DNA of 52,751 bases from Eubacteriales bacterium (GCA_045651785.1 JAZRTE010000049.1:1-52751), one strand, 5' to 3'; positions 19,488 through 29,184 are shown, counted from the first letter of the stretch. Notes: generated by a model not told the origin, from the sequence alone. Program-made: numbers and translations.

Positions 19488-20622
19488 TTTTTTCCTCCTC
19501 GGCAGTGCCGTTTTCTTCGGTGGTTTCGATGGTTTCGGTGGTTTCGGCGGAAGGTTCAGCTTCGCCGTTTTCTTCCTTGCTATCTTCCTTTTGCCATTCC
19601 TCCATAGCGGCAAGACATTCCTCGTAAAATCCGGGGAAATCATCGGGAAGCGCGCATTTAAGCGAGGTTATGCCGACCTCGATAATATCGTCGCTCGGCT
19701 CACGCGTGGTAAGATTCTGCATCCAAAGACCGGGGCGTGAAAGAGCGCGAATGAGCGCGTTATCGTGTCTGCCCGCATAGCGAATAAATTCATAACCGAT
19801 ACCCACGGTAAGGGGCAAAAGCGCGATCTTAAGCAGGCTGCGGAGCCAAACCGTTTCAACAGCCCAAAGGAAGATTATGCCGACGGCGATGGAAAGAATT
19901 ATCATCGAGAACATAAAGCTCGTGCCGCAACGGGGGTGGAAGCGCGAGTGCTTTTTGACGTTTTCAACGGTAAGCTCGTCGCCCGCCTCGTAGCAGAAAA
20001 TACTTTTATGCTCGGCGCCGTGATACATATAAACGCGCTTCATATCGGGGATAAACGCGGTAAGCCAGATGTAAAGAATGAAGACGATGACCTTAAAAAC
20101 GCCTTCGACGATATTACGCCAAACGTTTGCCGCCGCGCCGTCGAGGTTGGGAATATTATCGAAAATAAGGCCGCCCAAAAACGTAGGCAGGAAGATGAAA
20201 AGTCCAACGGCAAGCGCAACGCCCAAAACGAGCGAGATCGCCGAAATAAGACCTATCAACCATTTTCCGCCGTGCTTTTCAAGCCATTTGTCAAGCTTGG
20301 AGGTCGATTCCTCCTCGGTTGTATCGAGTCCGAGCATATCGGTACCGGTCGTTATAGTGGAGAAGGACATTACCATCGATTCAACAAAATTGACAACACC
20401 GCGGATAAGCGGCCATTTAAGTATCTTGCATTTGTCGGAAATCGATTTGTTTCCCTTTCGGGTCACCGAGATCTTTTTGTTATCCAATCTGCGCACAGCG
20501 ATAGCGGTATGCTGCTTGCTTCGCATCATAACGCCTTCGACGATCGCCTGACCGCCGACAGCGCCGCGACGTGCGGCAATACCGCAGCCTTTGTTTTCGG
20601 CAGCTTTTTCTTTTTTACTCAT
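19477..20622 (-). CDS. DUF1385 family membrane protein
   Basis: GGQAIVEGVMMR, YHGAEHK, RFHPRCGTSF, TTREP; usual prmC neighbour. Confidence 0.92.
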   Translation of the reverse strand: MSKKEKAAENKGCGIAARRGAVGGQAIVEGVMMRSKQHTAIAVRRLDNKKISVTRKGNKSISDKCKILKWPLIRGVVNFVESMVMSFSTITTGTDMLGLDTTEEESTSKLDKWLEKHGGKWLIGLISAISLVLGVALAVGLFIFLPTFLGGLIFDNIPNLDGAAANVWRNIVEGVFKVIVFILYIWLTAFIPDMKRVYMYHGAEHKSIFCYEAGDELTVENVKKHSRFHPRCGTSFMFSMIILSIAVGIIFLWAVETVWLRSLLKIALLPLTVGIGYEFIRYAGRHDNALIRALSRPGLWMQNLTTREPSDDIIEVGITSLKCALPDDFPGFYEECLAAMEEWQKEDSKEENGEAEPSAETTETIETTEENGTAEEEKIDA

Positions 20623-20732
20623 TTTATCCTCACATAGCAGTTGATTTTCTTTCGATTTTGTATTATACTATATAAAACCCGAAAATAAAACCCCCTTTTT
20701 TGAAAATTTACAAGTTTTTAACGGATTCAGCT

Positions 20733-21062
20733 ATGCAAGAGAAGATTTTTACCAAAAATGACAGCGGATTTATTTGCGGACATTGCGGAAAAGAGGTGCC
20801 GCCCTTGGGCTACAGCTCGCGCAATCACTGTCCGTTTTGCCTTTATTCGAAGCACGTCGACGTTAACCCCGGCGACAGAGCGGCGGATTGCGGCTCGATG
20901 ATGCGACCGAGCGCAGTGACGGTGAACTCCAAAAAGGGCTTTATCATCACCCACAAATGCGTCAAATGCGGTGCCGAGCGAAACAACAAAATGCAAACAG
21001 ACGATGATACCGCACTGCTCATAAGACTTACGAATCCATACAATCTGGAGAAATACGAATGA
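20733..21062 (+). CDS. RNHCP domain zinc-binding protein
   Basis: FICGHCG, SRNHCPFCLYSKHVD, PGDRAADC, HKCVKCG. Confidence 0.92.
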   Translation: MQEKIFTKNDSGFICGHCGKEVPPLGYSSRNHCPFCLYSKHVDVNPGDRAADCGSMMRPSAVTVNSKKGFIITHKCVKCGAERNNKMQTDDDTALLIRLTNPYNLEKYE

Positions 21063-22111
21063 ACGAAAAAGAATCGAACAGCCCCGAAATTAAGGAAACG
21101 AAATATTACACCTTAAAGCTTACGATCGCTACGGCGATAGCCTTTGCGGCGGCATTACTGCTCCGTCGGTCGATGGGTGCTGTCGCGATGCTCCCGATAT
21201 CGCTCATCCTTTGCTTTGCATCGGCGGTCATCGATATAAGCGCGATCACCAAGGCGGTCATTTTCGGCGTTATGACCTTTACGCTTAACTCCATCGAGAA
21301 TAAAAACACCGAGGTTGCGGTTATATTTTCTGCATTATGTATACTTGCGGTTCTGCTTGCTCACTACTCGTTTTACAAGATAAAGGCATCAAAAAAAATC
21401 GGTATACCCATCGCCTCGGCAAGCGGCATTCTTTGTATCGCCTTAAGCGTTATTTTCGTCGGCAACCCCTTTTCCGCCTGGGCGGCTGCGGATATTATCA
21501 CACTCTACACCGATTCAAATTATCCCAACAACGAAAACGCGGCGCTGGGCACCTTTGAGTTTACCGAAATATACTACGATTACAGGGTCGACGCCTATTG
21601 CGTTGATGCAAGCAGCAGCAAATTCCCGACCGAGCCGTCGCCTATTTCGGTCAACGGTGATGAGGTATATGACAGCTTTTATCACCTTATGGAGGACAAG
21701 ATAAGCTCGGTATACGTGTCGGATATGTCAGCGGTTCTGCGCGAAAAGCTGCCTGATGCAAGCTTCAGAGTTGAATTCGACGGCTTCGTATCGCTTCCCG
21801 ACCAAGCAATACTTTCATCCGAAAGCGGTGCCCTTTACGGCAATGCAAACTACGATATTTTCATAGGCGGTATCCAAACCGCAAAGGATATGAAGACTGC
21901 GGTTGCCGAAATGGTAAACGCAATCGATTCGGCAGGCATCGGATATGCCCGTCTGACCTTTAAAAGCGGTATCGGTCTGTGGATGAGAAGAAGCGTTACC
22001 GTCAGCCCGAACCACCTGAAGGGACACCTTGCCTTGACCGTAGATTACGTTCCCGTTATTAACACCAACGAGTTTTCGGAATACGTCCGTAAAGCAATTT
22101 TGAACAAATAA
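21059..22111 (+). CDS. Hypothetical membrane protein (about 5 N-terminal TMs plus a soluble C-terminal domain)
   Basis: 350-aa ORF with a hydrophobic N-terminal third; ATGA overlap with the RNHCP gene. Confidence 0.75.
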   Translation: MNEKESNSPEIKETKYYTLKLTIATAIAFAAALLLRRSMGAVAMLPISLILCFASAVIDISAITKAVIFGVMTFTLNSIENKNTEVAVIFSALCILAVLLAHYSFYKIKASKKIGIPIASASGILCIALSVIFVGNPFSAWAAADIITLYTDSNYPNNENAALGTFEFTEIYYDYRVDAYCVDASSSKFPTEPSPISVNGDEVYDSFYHLMEDKISSVYVSDMSAVLREKLPDASFRVEFDGFVSLPDQAILSSESGALYGNANYDIFIGGIQTAKDMKTAVAEMVNAIDSAGIGYARLTFKSGIGLWMRRSVTVSPNHLKGHLALTVDYVPVINTNEFSEYVRKAILNK

Positions 22112-22117
22112 TTATGT

Positions 22118-22166
22118 AAACCGTCTGCGTTTTTTCGAAAGAAAGATTCAGACGGTTTTATATTTT
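22118..22166 (+). terminator. Probable terminator between the membrane-protein gene and mazF
   Basis: AAACCGTCTG ... CAGACGGTTT inverted repeat with a T-rich tail. Confidence 0.55.
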
Positions 22167-22236
22167 GCTTATGAATTGGCAACACTATCCTCGGCAGGAA
22201 AAATTACATATACTTTTGTCAGAAGGAGTGTTTAAG

Positions 22237-22620
22237 TTGAAGCTACAAAACGGCGAAGAAGGTATACGCCGAGGAGACATATATTACGCAGACCTGAGTC
22301 CTGTCGTCGGCTCGGAGCAGGGCGGAATACGTCCCGTGCTTATCGTGCAAAACGATATGGGTAACAGATACAGTCCGACCGTTATCGCCGCGGCGATAAC
22401 GAGCCGTACCGGCAAAACCAAGCTGCCTACCCATATCGAGGTTTCGGCAAAGAACGAAGCACAGGGCGAAAATTGCGGTCTTGCAAAAAACTCGGTCATT
22501 TTACTCGAGCAGATAAGAACAATTGACAAAAAACGCTTAAAGGAGCGCATGGGCAAGCTTGACGAGCAGACGATGCAACAGGTCGATTCGGCGATCGGAA
22601 TCAGCTTTGGATTAAACTGA
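22237..22620 (+). CDS. mazF: MazF/PemK family endoribonuclease toxin (NdoA/EndoA-like)
   Basis: [30 protein letters not shown]...AAIT...KLPTH...[13 protein letters not shown] closely follows B. subtilis NdoA. AAGGAGTG RBS precedes TTG 22237. Confidence 0.95.
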   Translation: MKLQNGEEGIRRGDIYYADLSPVVGSEQGGIRPVLIVQNDMGNRYSPTVIAAAITSRTGKTKLPTHIEVSAKNEAQGENCGLAKNSVILLEQIRTIDKKRLKERMGKLDEQTMQQVDSAIGISFGLN

Positions 22621-22635
22621 CCGCTTAAAGAAAAC

Positions 22636-22690
22636 AAAAAAGCACTCGGGGAGTCCCTCTGCAGGGAAAATCTCAACGAGTGCATTTTTT
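22636..22690. terminator. Bidirectional terminator hairpin between convergent mazF and the DUF4855 gene
   Basis: A6-GCACTCG...TCCCT/AGGGA...CGAGTGC-A-T6. Confidence 0.7.
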
Positions 22691-22691
22691 A

Positions 22692-24815
22692 TTATTTCTT
22701 ATGCTTGATTATCATAGCAACGGCAACCGCAACTATCGCAAGACCAAGCACTGACAGAAGAACGATAAGCCAAGCGGGAATACCGTTATCGGTTTGCGGC
22801 TCGGTTATCAAATTATCGGCCGAGGACTCGCCTTCGGGATCGGAAGTATCTTCGCTTGTTTCAAGCGGAAGAACGTTTACCTTTACGGTCAGCTCCTCCG
22901 AGCGGTTAAAGCCGTCGGTAACAACGACGGTAAAGCTGTCTTCGCCCACGAAGCCTTCGTTTGCACGGTAGATCAGCGTTTTTTTATTCGCCGCTGCCGC
23001 AACGCTTCCGTTTTTCGGTTCTTGCGGAAATTCGACCTTAACGTCACCCCAGAAGGAATCGTCATCTACGATATTAATGTCGACCATCCCCCGCGAATCG
23101 CCCTCGGTAAGCTCCATGTCGCTCACCTCAAGCTTAGGTGCATCGTTTCGGTAGGTCTTATGGATAAAATTAAACGTAAGGTCATAAAGACGGCGCAGAT
23201 AGATTCCGCGCGGAGTTTTCGTATCGGCATAACAGAAATCGTAAAAGCTTCCCGGCCCTGCGCCCTGATAATAGGTCTTAAAGCTGTTCATATAACCGGT
23301 TTTTGCGCCGTAATACAGATAGCTTTCGTAATTATACCCTGCCTTTAAATAATCGTCTCCACGGAAATAGGACGGCTCGTTGGTTTCCATTTCGACACCG
23401 AGATGGTTGTTATATACCGACCGGGCAAACTCCCCAAGCATTCCGATTTCAAAATAATCCTTGTTCGTGAACGCGACGTTGGGCTGCATTACCGCAGAGG
23501 AAAAGCCAAGCTCCTCCCAATGATCAAAGCCTGTCGACAGATAAAACGGGTCGAAAATAGTTTTTAATTTTCTTTTCTTTGCATAATCGTTAAAGCTTTT
23601 TACAAGCTCGGCTTCGTGATTTGAATCGGAATAGTTTACCTCCTCACGCAGCCAGTAAAAGCCTGCAAGCTCAAGGTTTTCATAGCCTTTTGCTTTGAAT
23701 TCGTCGATACATTTATCGGCAAACCATTTGATTATTGCGGTGCGCTCCTCAAGCGTTACGCAATATTCGTCGACTCCGTCACCGTTAATATCGCCGAACG
23801 GCTTATCGAGCACGGTCGGATAAGGCATCGTTAAGAATACCTTGTATTTTTTCTCGACCCCCAATTCGCCGAAAACTCTGCCTACAACGCTGTCAAGCGC
23901 ATCGATATCCTGACCGTCCTTAAAGGTATGCTCGAAATAAAGCTCCCAATCGGACATTACCGCACCCGGCTTGCCGTTGGTTTTGACCAAACGTCCGCCC
24001 GACGGATAATCGCCGTGACAGGGCACGAATGCTATCGCATCGAACATGGTTCCTTGAATGTTTCCGTTTACGTCAAGATAAGCAACGTACGGAAGAAGCC
24101 ATTCCTCCGAAAGGATAGCCTTTTCGGGATCGGGGGCATAATAACCGTTATATATCTTCATCACGTTGGAAACGCCGTCAAGATTTTTGAAATATCCCTC
24201 AGGCTCGGTCTTTTCATCGGGGGTCACGGCTTTCTCATCGCCGCTGAGTGTTTTACTGCCGAATACTTGAATTTCATCGCAAAAGGTGAAGATGTCGCTT
24301 GAAAATTCGACTCTTACGAAGCGCGCCGAATAGGTTTTATCGAGCAAGACCTCAAATTCGCACCTTGCGGCAACAGAATAGGTAAGGTCGTAATTGGTTT
24401 CGTATTTTTTAACTGTCTGATAATCGACTCCGTCATCGGAAAGGTAGATATTTATGTAACGCGGTGCATAAACTCCCGACGGACGGTTATGAAAAAAGGA
24501 TGCTTGAACCTTATTTACCGCGCAATTGTTTTTAAGATCAAAGGTAACGAGCCTGCTTTTCGACCGAAAGGCTTTATACCAAAGCTCGGAGCCTTCCGAT
24601 GCGGGCGCAAGCTTTCCGTCGGTAAGCTGACCGTTATCGACGTCGAATTTAACGCCGTTTTCAACAAAATTATCGTAGGACATCGTTGTCGGCTCACCCG
24701 ATTCGACGGTATACGACATTCCGGCGACCAAATTTTCCTCGACTTGTGCCGAAACCGAAAGACAAAAGGAATTTACAAGCAATGCGAGGGCTGCGAGAAG
24801 CGCCTTTTTAACCAT
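22692..24815 (-). CDS. Membrane-anchored surface protein: discoidin/F5-8C-like domain + DUF4855-like domain + Ig-like (Big/cadherin) domain + C-terminal TM
   Basis: Signal peptide; LTDG/ARFVRVEF/DEIQVFG discoidin-like motifs; PYVAY...MFDA, LAGFYW, AVMQPN, GVEME, YYQG typical of DUF4855; GFVGEDSFTVVVTDG Ig-like motif; TM followed by KHKK. Confidence 0.75.
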   Translation of the reverse strand: MVKKALLAALALLVNSFCLSVSAQVEENLVAGMSYTVESGEPTTMSYDNFVENGVKFDVDNGQLTDGKLAPASEGSELWYKAFRSKSRLVTFDLKNNCAVNKVQASFFHNRPSGVYAPRYINIYLSDDGVDYQTVKKYETNYDLTYSVAARCEFEVLLDKTYSARFVRVEFSSDIFTFCDEIQVFGSKTLSGDEKAVTPDEKTEPEGYFKNLDGVSNVMKIYNGYYAPDPEKAILSEEWLLPYVAYLDVNGNIQGTMFDAIAFVPCHGDYPSGGRLVKTNGKPGAVMSDWELYFEHTFKDGQDIDALDSVVGRVFGELGVEKKYKVFLTMPYPTVLDKPFGDINGDGVDEYCVTLEERTAIIKWFADKCIDEFKAKGYENLELAGFYWLREEVNYSDSNHEAELVKSFNDYAKKRKLKTIFDPFYLSTGFDHWEELGFSSAVMQPNVAFTNKDYFEIGMLGEFARSVYNNHLGVEMETNEPSYFRGDDYLKAGYNYESYLYYGAKTGYMNSFKTYYQGAGPGSFYDFCYADTKTPRGIYLRRLYDLTFNFIHKTYRNDAPKLEVSDMELTEGDSRGMVDINIVDDDSFWGDVKVEFPQEPKNGSVAAAANKKTLIYRANEGFVGEDSFTVVVTDGFNRSEELTVKVNVLPLETSEDTSDPEGESSADNLITEPQTDNGIPAWLIVLLSVLGLAIVAVAVAMIIKHKK

Positions 24816-25845
24816 TTTTCTCCTCCGAAATTATATCGAAATAAAGCTCTCCGATAAGCTCGTGACCGTTTGCATTGGGATGCGGATCAAAGCTGATGTT
24901 TGCTGTAAGCAGACTTATTCCCGCATTGGTAAGCTTTTTGTTTGATTTATCGAATTCCGACCACACGGGTACGAGCTCATATCCGCATTCCTCGGCAAGC
25001 GCTTCGATAGGCGCGTTCAGAAAGGCAACTGCACGCTCACCGTGAGCGGCAAGATCAAGCTTTTGCTCAACATCCTGAAAAGAAAGATTTACGTCCTTAT
25101 ACGGATTGTAAACCGTTTGAAAATAAACCGTCGCGTTGGGATTAAGCTTGCGTATTTCGGCAATCATTTGGGGAATTTCTACCTCCAAGCGCTTACCTGC
25201 ATCGGTGATAAGCGAATTGAAGGTATCGCTTTCGAAGGCGATATTTATTGCGCCGAATGCTTTACTCAACACGTCGCAGGCATAGGAAAGCTTTTCCTTC
25301 TCCTCGCCGTCGGGCGTGACGGTATATTTAAAATAATCGGCGACAGCTTTAGGATCAAGCTCACGCAAGGCGTTCATCGCCGTTTCGATGCTGTCAAGCA
25401 TTTGCAGAATGTTGTTGCCGCCGATGCTGATTATAACGCTGTCGCAGTCCTTTATCTCCTCGGGAGGAGTTGTTTTTAAAAATTCGACCAGCTCGGCACC
25501 CGTACGTCCGTCAACGCCGTAATTGCTGACGCTTACTTCCTCGTATACCGATTTGAGCGAAAGCTCCAAAAGCGCGGAAAAGCGCATGCTTTCGGGTGAT
25601 TCAAGCCCATATCCGCGCGCTATCGAATCGCCTAAAACAACGGTTTTATAGCTGTTTTTTTCATTTTCCGAAGCCTCCAAGGAAATTTCGTTTACGGTCG
25701 GGACGTCCGAAGCGTCGGGCTTATCAGACGTAGTTTCGGAGCCGTTGTCGGATCGGTCTATGTTATCGATTTTTGCACCGCCGCACGAATAAAGCGACGT
25801 TGGCAATATAAAAATCATCAAAAAAAGTACAAGAAGCTGCTTCAT
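24808..25845 (-). CDS. SGNH/GDSL hydrolase lipoprotein
   Basis: Lipobox-like LYSC, LGDSIARG, SIGGNN, YNPY, FDPHPN. Confidence 0.88.
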   Translation of the reverse strand: MKQLLVLFLMIFILPTSLYSCGGAKIDNIDRSDNGSETTSDKPDASDVPTVNEISLEASENEKNSYKTVVLGDSIARGYGLESPESMRFSALLELSLKSVYEEVSVSNYGVDGRTGAELVEFLKTTPPEEIKDCDSVIISIGGNNILQMLDSIETAMNALRELDPKAVADYFKYTVTPDGEEKEKLSYACDVLSKAFGAINIAFESDTFNSLITDAGKRLEVEIPQMIAEIRKLNPNATVYFQTVYNPYKDVNLSFQDVEQKLDLAAHGERAVAFLNAPIEALAEECGYELVPVWSEFDKSNKKLTNAGISLLTANISFDPHPNANGHELIGELYFDIISEEKNG

Positions 25846-25961
25846 GTTTTCCCTCGTTTCGGAGCGTGCGCTCTGTTTAATTCATTATAAAACGCGATAT
25901 ATAAAAAATCAAGTAAAATTAATCACTTTTAGCGCATATATTTACATAAGAGGTGATCGAC

Positions 25962-26672
25962 TTGAACGGCATTAAAGGCTTTATGCTTAATAACTCGCTT
26001 GCGGCGACCAGCGCGTTGATCAAGGACGGTATTATTTATGCCGCGGACGGAAAGGAATGCAATATTCATATTTTCGATCTTTGCGGCAACCGCACACACG
26101 GTATCTGCACCGCACGGGCATACAGTCGTCTGCGGTACAATGAGGATGCAAACGCATTTACCGCGTTGGGTTGCGATTGCAGTAACCGTGTCTACGGCAT
26201 CGACGAAAATTTCAACGAGCTTGGATACACCCAGCTAAACACCGATTGTATTCATAACTATAAATTCGGTGCATTGACCGACGTTTCGTCCGCACTTTTA
26301 TCAAACGGACGCTTTTACGTGGCGGCTTTTGAAGCAGGCGCTTTCCTTTTTGATTCAAACGGAAGCATCACATCACAGCTGTGCAGGACCGAAAGAAACG
26401 AAACGTTGACCGATTTCATCGCGTTCGGCGAAGAAAGGTATGCATTTGCCTCAAGGCGAAGCGGCTTTACCGCCGTAACCGTATCGGACGTCGGACAAAC
26501 GCAAAGCGCGATCGTTGACCGCAAGCTTTCGCTCCGTATGCTTTTCGCCGTCGGCGGAACCGTTTACGGCTTATTCGGCTACAGTTATATCTATAACCGT
26601 ATCGCGCCGATTTATACAAACGGAATACTTGCTCTGCCGAAAGCTATTGAAAACTGCCAATCGCCGTGTTAA
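25962..26672 (+). CDS. Hypothetical protein (Cys-containing, beta-rich)
   Basis: Open frame with GAGGTG RBS 6 nt before TTG 25962; no family recognised. Confidence 0.7.
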   Translation: MNGIKGFMLNNSLAATSALIKDGIIYAADGKECNIHIFDLCGNRTHGICTARAYSRLRYNEDANAFTALGCDCSNRVYGIDENFNELGYTQLNTDCIHNYKFGALTDVSSALLSNGRFYVAAFEAGAFLFDSNGSITSQLCRTERNETLTDFIAFGEERYAFASRRSGFTAVTVSDVGQTQSAIVDRKLSLRMLFAVGGTVYGLFGYSYIYNRIAPIYTNGILALPKAIENCQSPC

Positions 26673-26696
26673 AATAGAAAAAAGAGGTGGAGAATT

Positions 26697-27509
26697 ATGG
26701 GAAGATATCTGCTTGACGAAAAGACCTTGAATCTGATACGCACGCGCAAGGAGGACTCAAACAAAAGCGATTTCGGAACGCTTTTGACCCTTTGCGGCAG
26801 TAAGAATATGACGGGTGCGGCATATTTTGCGGTTATGGGCGCGTTAAGAAGCGGTGTCGGACTTTTGCGCTTTTGCGGGAACGAAGATACGCTTGACAAA
26901 ATACAGCGAATCCTTTTCGAGCCGACCTTTTTGTCCATAGAGGATATAAAAAACACAAATTACACCGCATTTCTTTGCGGCTGCGGCATCGGTCGTACCC
27001 ATGACGAATATCTTGAAGAGATCCTTACCGACTGCAACGCGCCAAGCGTGTTGGATGCCGATTGCATAAATTTTCTCTCACAGCATATTGATGTATTGGG
27101 GAAAATGAAATGCCGAAGGATTCTTACACCGCATCCCGGAGAAATGGCAAGGCTTTGCAAAACGGACGTCGATATTATCCAAGCAAACCGCGAGGAGATT
27201 GCGATAAATTTTGCAAGAGAGCATAAATGCATACTCGTTCTCAAGGGAAAGAACACGGTCATTGCAGACGAAAGCGGCGATGTCTTTATCAATCAAAGCG
27301 GCTCGAGCGCGCTCGCAAAGGGAGGAAGCGGCGATGTTTTGGCAGGCGTTATCGCATCGCTTCTTGCTCAGGGCTATCGTGTGGAGGACGCCGCGAAATT
27401 AGCTGTTTACGTCCATGGGCTCGCGGCGGATAACCTTGAAAAAAGCTATGGGAAAAGCGGTGTCCTGCCGTCGGATCTGCCCAAGGAGATCGGAAGAATA
27501 CTCGGCTGA
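26697..27509 (+). CDS. nnrD: ADP-dependent NAD(P)H-hydrate dehydratase (standalone NnrD)
   Basis: NKSDFG, MTGAA, VLDAD, ILTPHPGEMARL, VLKG, LAKGGSGDVLAG. Confidence 0.93.
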   Translation: MGRYLLDEKTLNLIRTRKEDSNKSDFGTLLTLCGSKNMTGAAYFAVMGALRSGVGLLRFCGNEDTLDKIQRILFEPTFLSIEDIKNTNYTAFLCGCGIGRTHDEYLEEILTDCNAPSVLDADCINFLSQHIDVLGKMKCRRILTPHPGEMARLCKTDVDIIQANREEIAINFAREHKCILVLKGKNTVIADESGDVFINQSGSSALAKGGSGDVLAGVIASLLAQGYRVEDAAKLAVYVHGLAADNLEKSYGKSGVLPSDLPKEIGRILG

Positions 27510-27542
27510 ATATCCCCGAAGATCTAAGGGGTTGAAGCTTTT

Positions 27543-28061
27543 TTGAAGAAAACATTTTTTATCTTTTTTGCAATTTTCACCGTTATGCTTTCGGCCTGCA
27601 GCGACAGACCGGAGCCGCGCGAGCAGTTTTCGCGAACGATGCGTTTCACGGCAAATACCGTCGGGAGCGATTCGCAATACTCCGTGAATATTACTCCCGA
27701 CTTTTGCGATATCGAATTCCAAAGCACCGGTATTCTCGGCGGAGCAACGCTTCATTTCGAGGGCGAAAAAAGCTTTGCCGCTGTCGGGGAATTCACGCTT
27801 CCCGTCAAGGAAAATAACTTTCCTGCGATGAAGGCGCTGATAAATGCCGTAAGATTGCTTGCAAGCACCGACATTTCCGGTGAAGAAGAACAAAACGGAG
27901 TTAAGTACACTATTGACGAAACGATGATTTTGGTGTACTATGATAAAGATACAAACAAAGTAATCGGCATAAGAACGGAGGAGCTCGGACGGGTTTTTGA
28001 ATATACGCTGTCCGATCTTGAAGCTTATGAAGCACAGAGTAACGGCGCGAGTCGACCTTGA
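27543..28061 (+). CDS. Lipoprotein (possible LolA-like/YdcC-type, upstream of alr)
   Basis: Lipobox LSAC. Its position between nnr and alr matches the YdcC-like slot; family assignment is by context only. Confidence 0.65.
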   Translation: MKKTFFIFFAIFTVMLSACSDRPEPREQFSRTMRFTANTVGSDSQYSVNITPDFCDIEFQSTGILGGATLHFEGEKSFAAVGEFTLPVKENNFPAMKALINAVRLLASTDISGEEEQNGVKYTIDETMILVYYDKDTNKVIGIRTEELGRVFEYTLSDLEAYEAQSNGASRP

Positions 28062-29124
28062 CCGCATCGGACACAATTACAATTACATAAAATCGCTTGT
28101 AGGCGACGCGCGTGTGATGGCTGTCGTTAAAGCCGACGCCTACGGTCACGGCTCGATCGAGGTTGCAAGAAAGCTCGAAGCCCTTGGTTGTACCGATTTT
28201 GCCGTTGCTTGTCTCAGCGAAGCGCAGGAGCTTCGAGCCTTCGGCATAACCGGCAACATCCTTATTCTCGGCCCGACAGACGCAAAGCTTATAAACGAAG
28301 TAATCGAGGGTGATTTCATACAGACCGTCGACAGTCTTGATTATGCGAAAGCGCTTGCCAAGCGCGGCAGAGTGAGAGTGCATATCAAGGTCGATACAGG
28401 TATGTCGCGCCTCGGCATCTATTGCCATAGCGAAATGTATATTTCTTCCTGCGCGGATGAAATAAGCGGAATAGCATCGCTTGAAAATATATCCGTCGAG
28501 GGAATATTCACCCATTTTGCCGACAGCGACGGTGACGGCGAGCAATTTACAAGATGGCAGTACAAAATATTTACTGCTCTGCTTTCCGAGCTTGAAGCGC
28601 GCAATATAAACGTAGGCGTCCGCCATTGCTGTAACAGCGCGGCGACGATAAGATACCCTGAAATGCATCTCGATATGGTAAGAGCCGGAATTATACTTTT
28701 CGGTCTTATGCCCTCTGCGAATATAAAGGACGAAAATATCCGTCCTGCCATGCGGCTTTCGGCACGCGTTTGTGCCGTTCATACGCTCAAAACAGGCGAT
28801 TGTGTAAGCTACGGATGCGGTTACCGCGCAAAGCGCGATACTCGCGTTGCGGTCATCGCGATCGGATACGCCGACGGCTTTTCACGCGTATATTCGGGCA
28901 AGGAGCTTATCCGTATCAACGGCAAGACCTTTGCTACCGTCGGAAAGATATGTATGGATATGTGCATGGTGGATATCGGACTTAATTTTGAATGCTCGGT
29001 ACGTGACGAGGCGGTCATTTTTGAAACGGCTGAGGATATTGAACGTCTTGCAAACGCGTTGGGCACGATAAATTACGAAATTCTTTGCTCGCTGAAGCAC
29101 AGAGTTAAGCTTGAATATATTTAA
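28027..29124 (+). CDS. alr: Alanine racemase
   Basis: AVVKADAYGHG (PLP Lys), HIKVDTGMSRLG, IGYADG, GKICMD, GTINYE; start MKHRV at 28027. Confidence 0.97.
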   Translation: MKHRVTARVDLDRIGHNYNYIKSLVGDARVMAVVKADAYGHGSIEVARKLEALGCTDFAVACLSEAQELRAFGITGNILILGPTDAKLINEVIEGDFIQTVDSLDYAKALAKRGRVRVHIKVDTGMSRLGIYCHSEMYISSCADEISGIASLENISVEGIFTHFADSDGDGEQFTRWQYKIFTALLSELEARNINVGVRHCCNSAATIRYPEMHLDMVRAGIILFGLMPSANIKDENIRPAMRLSARVCAVHTLKTGDCVSYGCGYRAKRDTRVAVIAIGYADGFSRVYSGKELIRINGKTFATVGKICMDMCMVDIGLNFECSVRDEAVIFETAEDIERLANALGTINYEILCSLKHRVKLEYI

Positions 29125-29138
29125 CTGTTTAACAAAAC

Positions 29139-29174
29139 AAAAGACAGAGAACGAAAAATTCTCTGTCTTTTTTT
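29139..29174. terminator. Bidirectional terminator after alr
   Basis: AAAAGACAGAGAA / TTCTCTGTCTTTT 13-bp stem plus T tail. Confidence 0.85.
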
Positions 29175-29184
29175 GTTATTCAGA

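Noticed and set aside
19516-19548. 9-bp GGTTTCGGT-like repeats
   Set aside because: Encode a low-complexity ETT/ETI tail; not a CRISPR or regulatory array
19488-19643. Pro/Lys-rich N-terminal extension of PrmC in the ORF track
   Set aside because: Alternate-frame reading of the acidic DUF1385 tail; the real start is TTG 19487 with a GGAGG RBS
22112-22236. Small antitoxin ORF upstream of mazF
   Set aside because: Only 125 nt, partly a hairpin; no RBS-led ORF of antitoxin size
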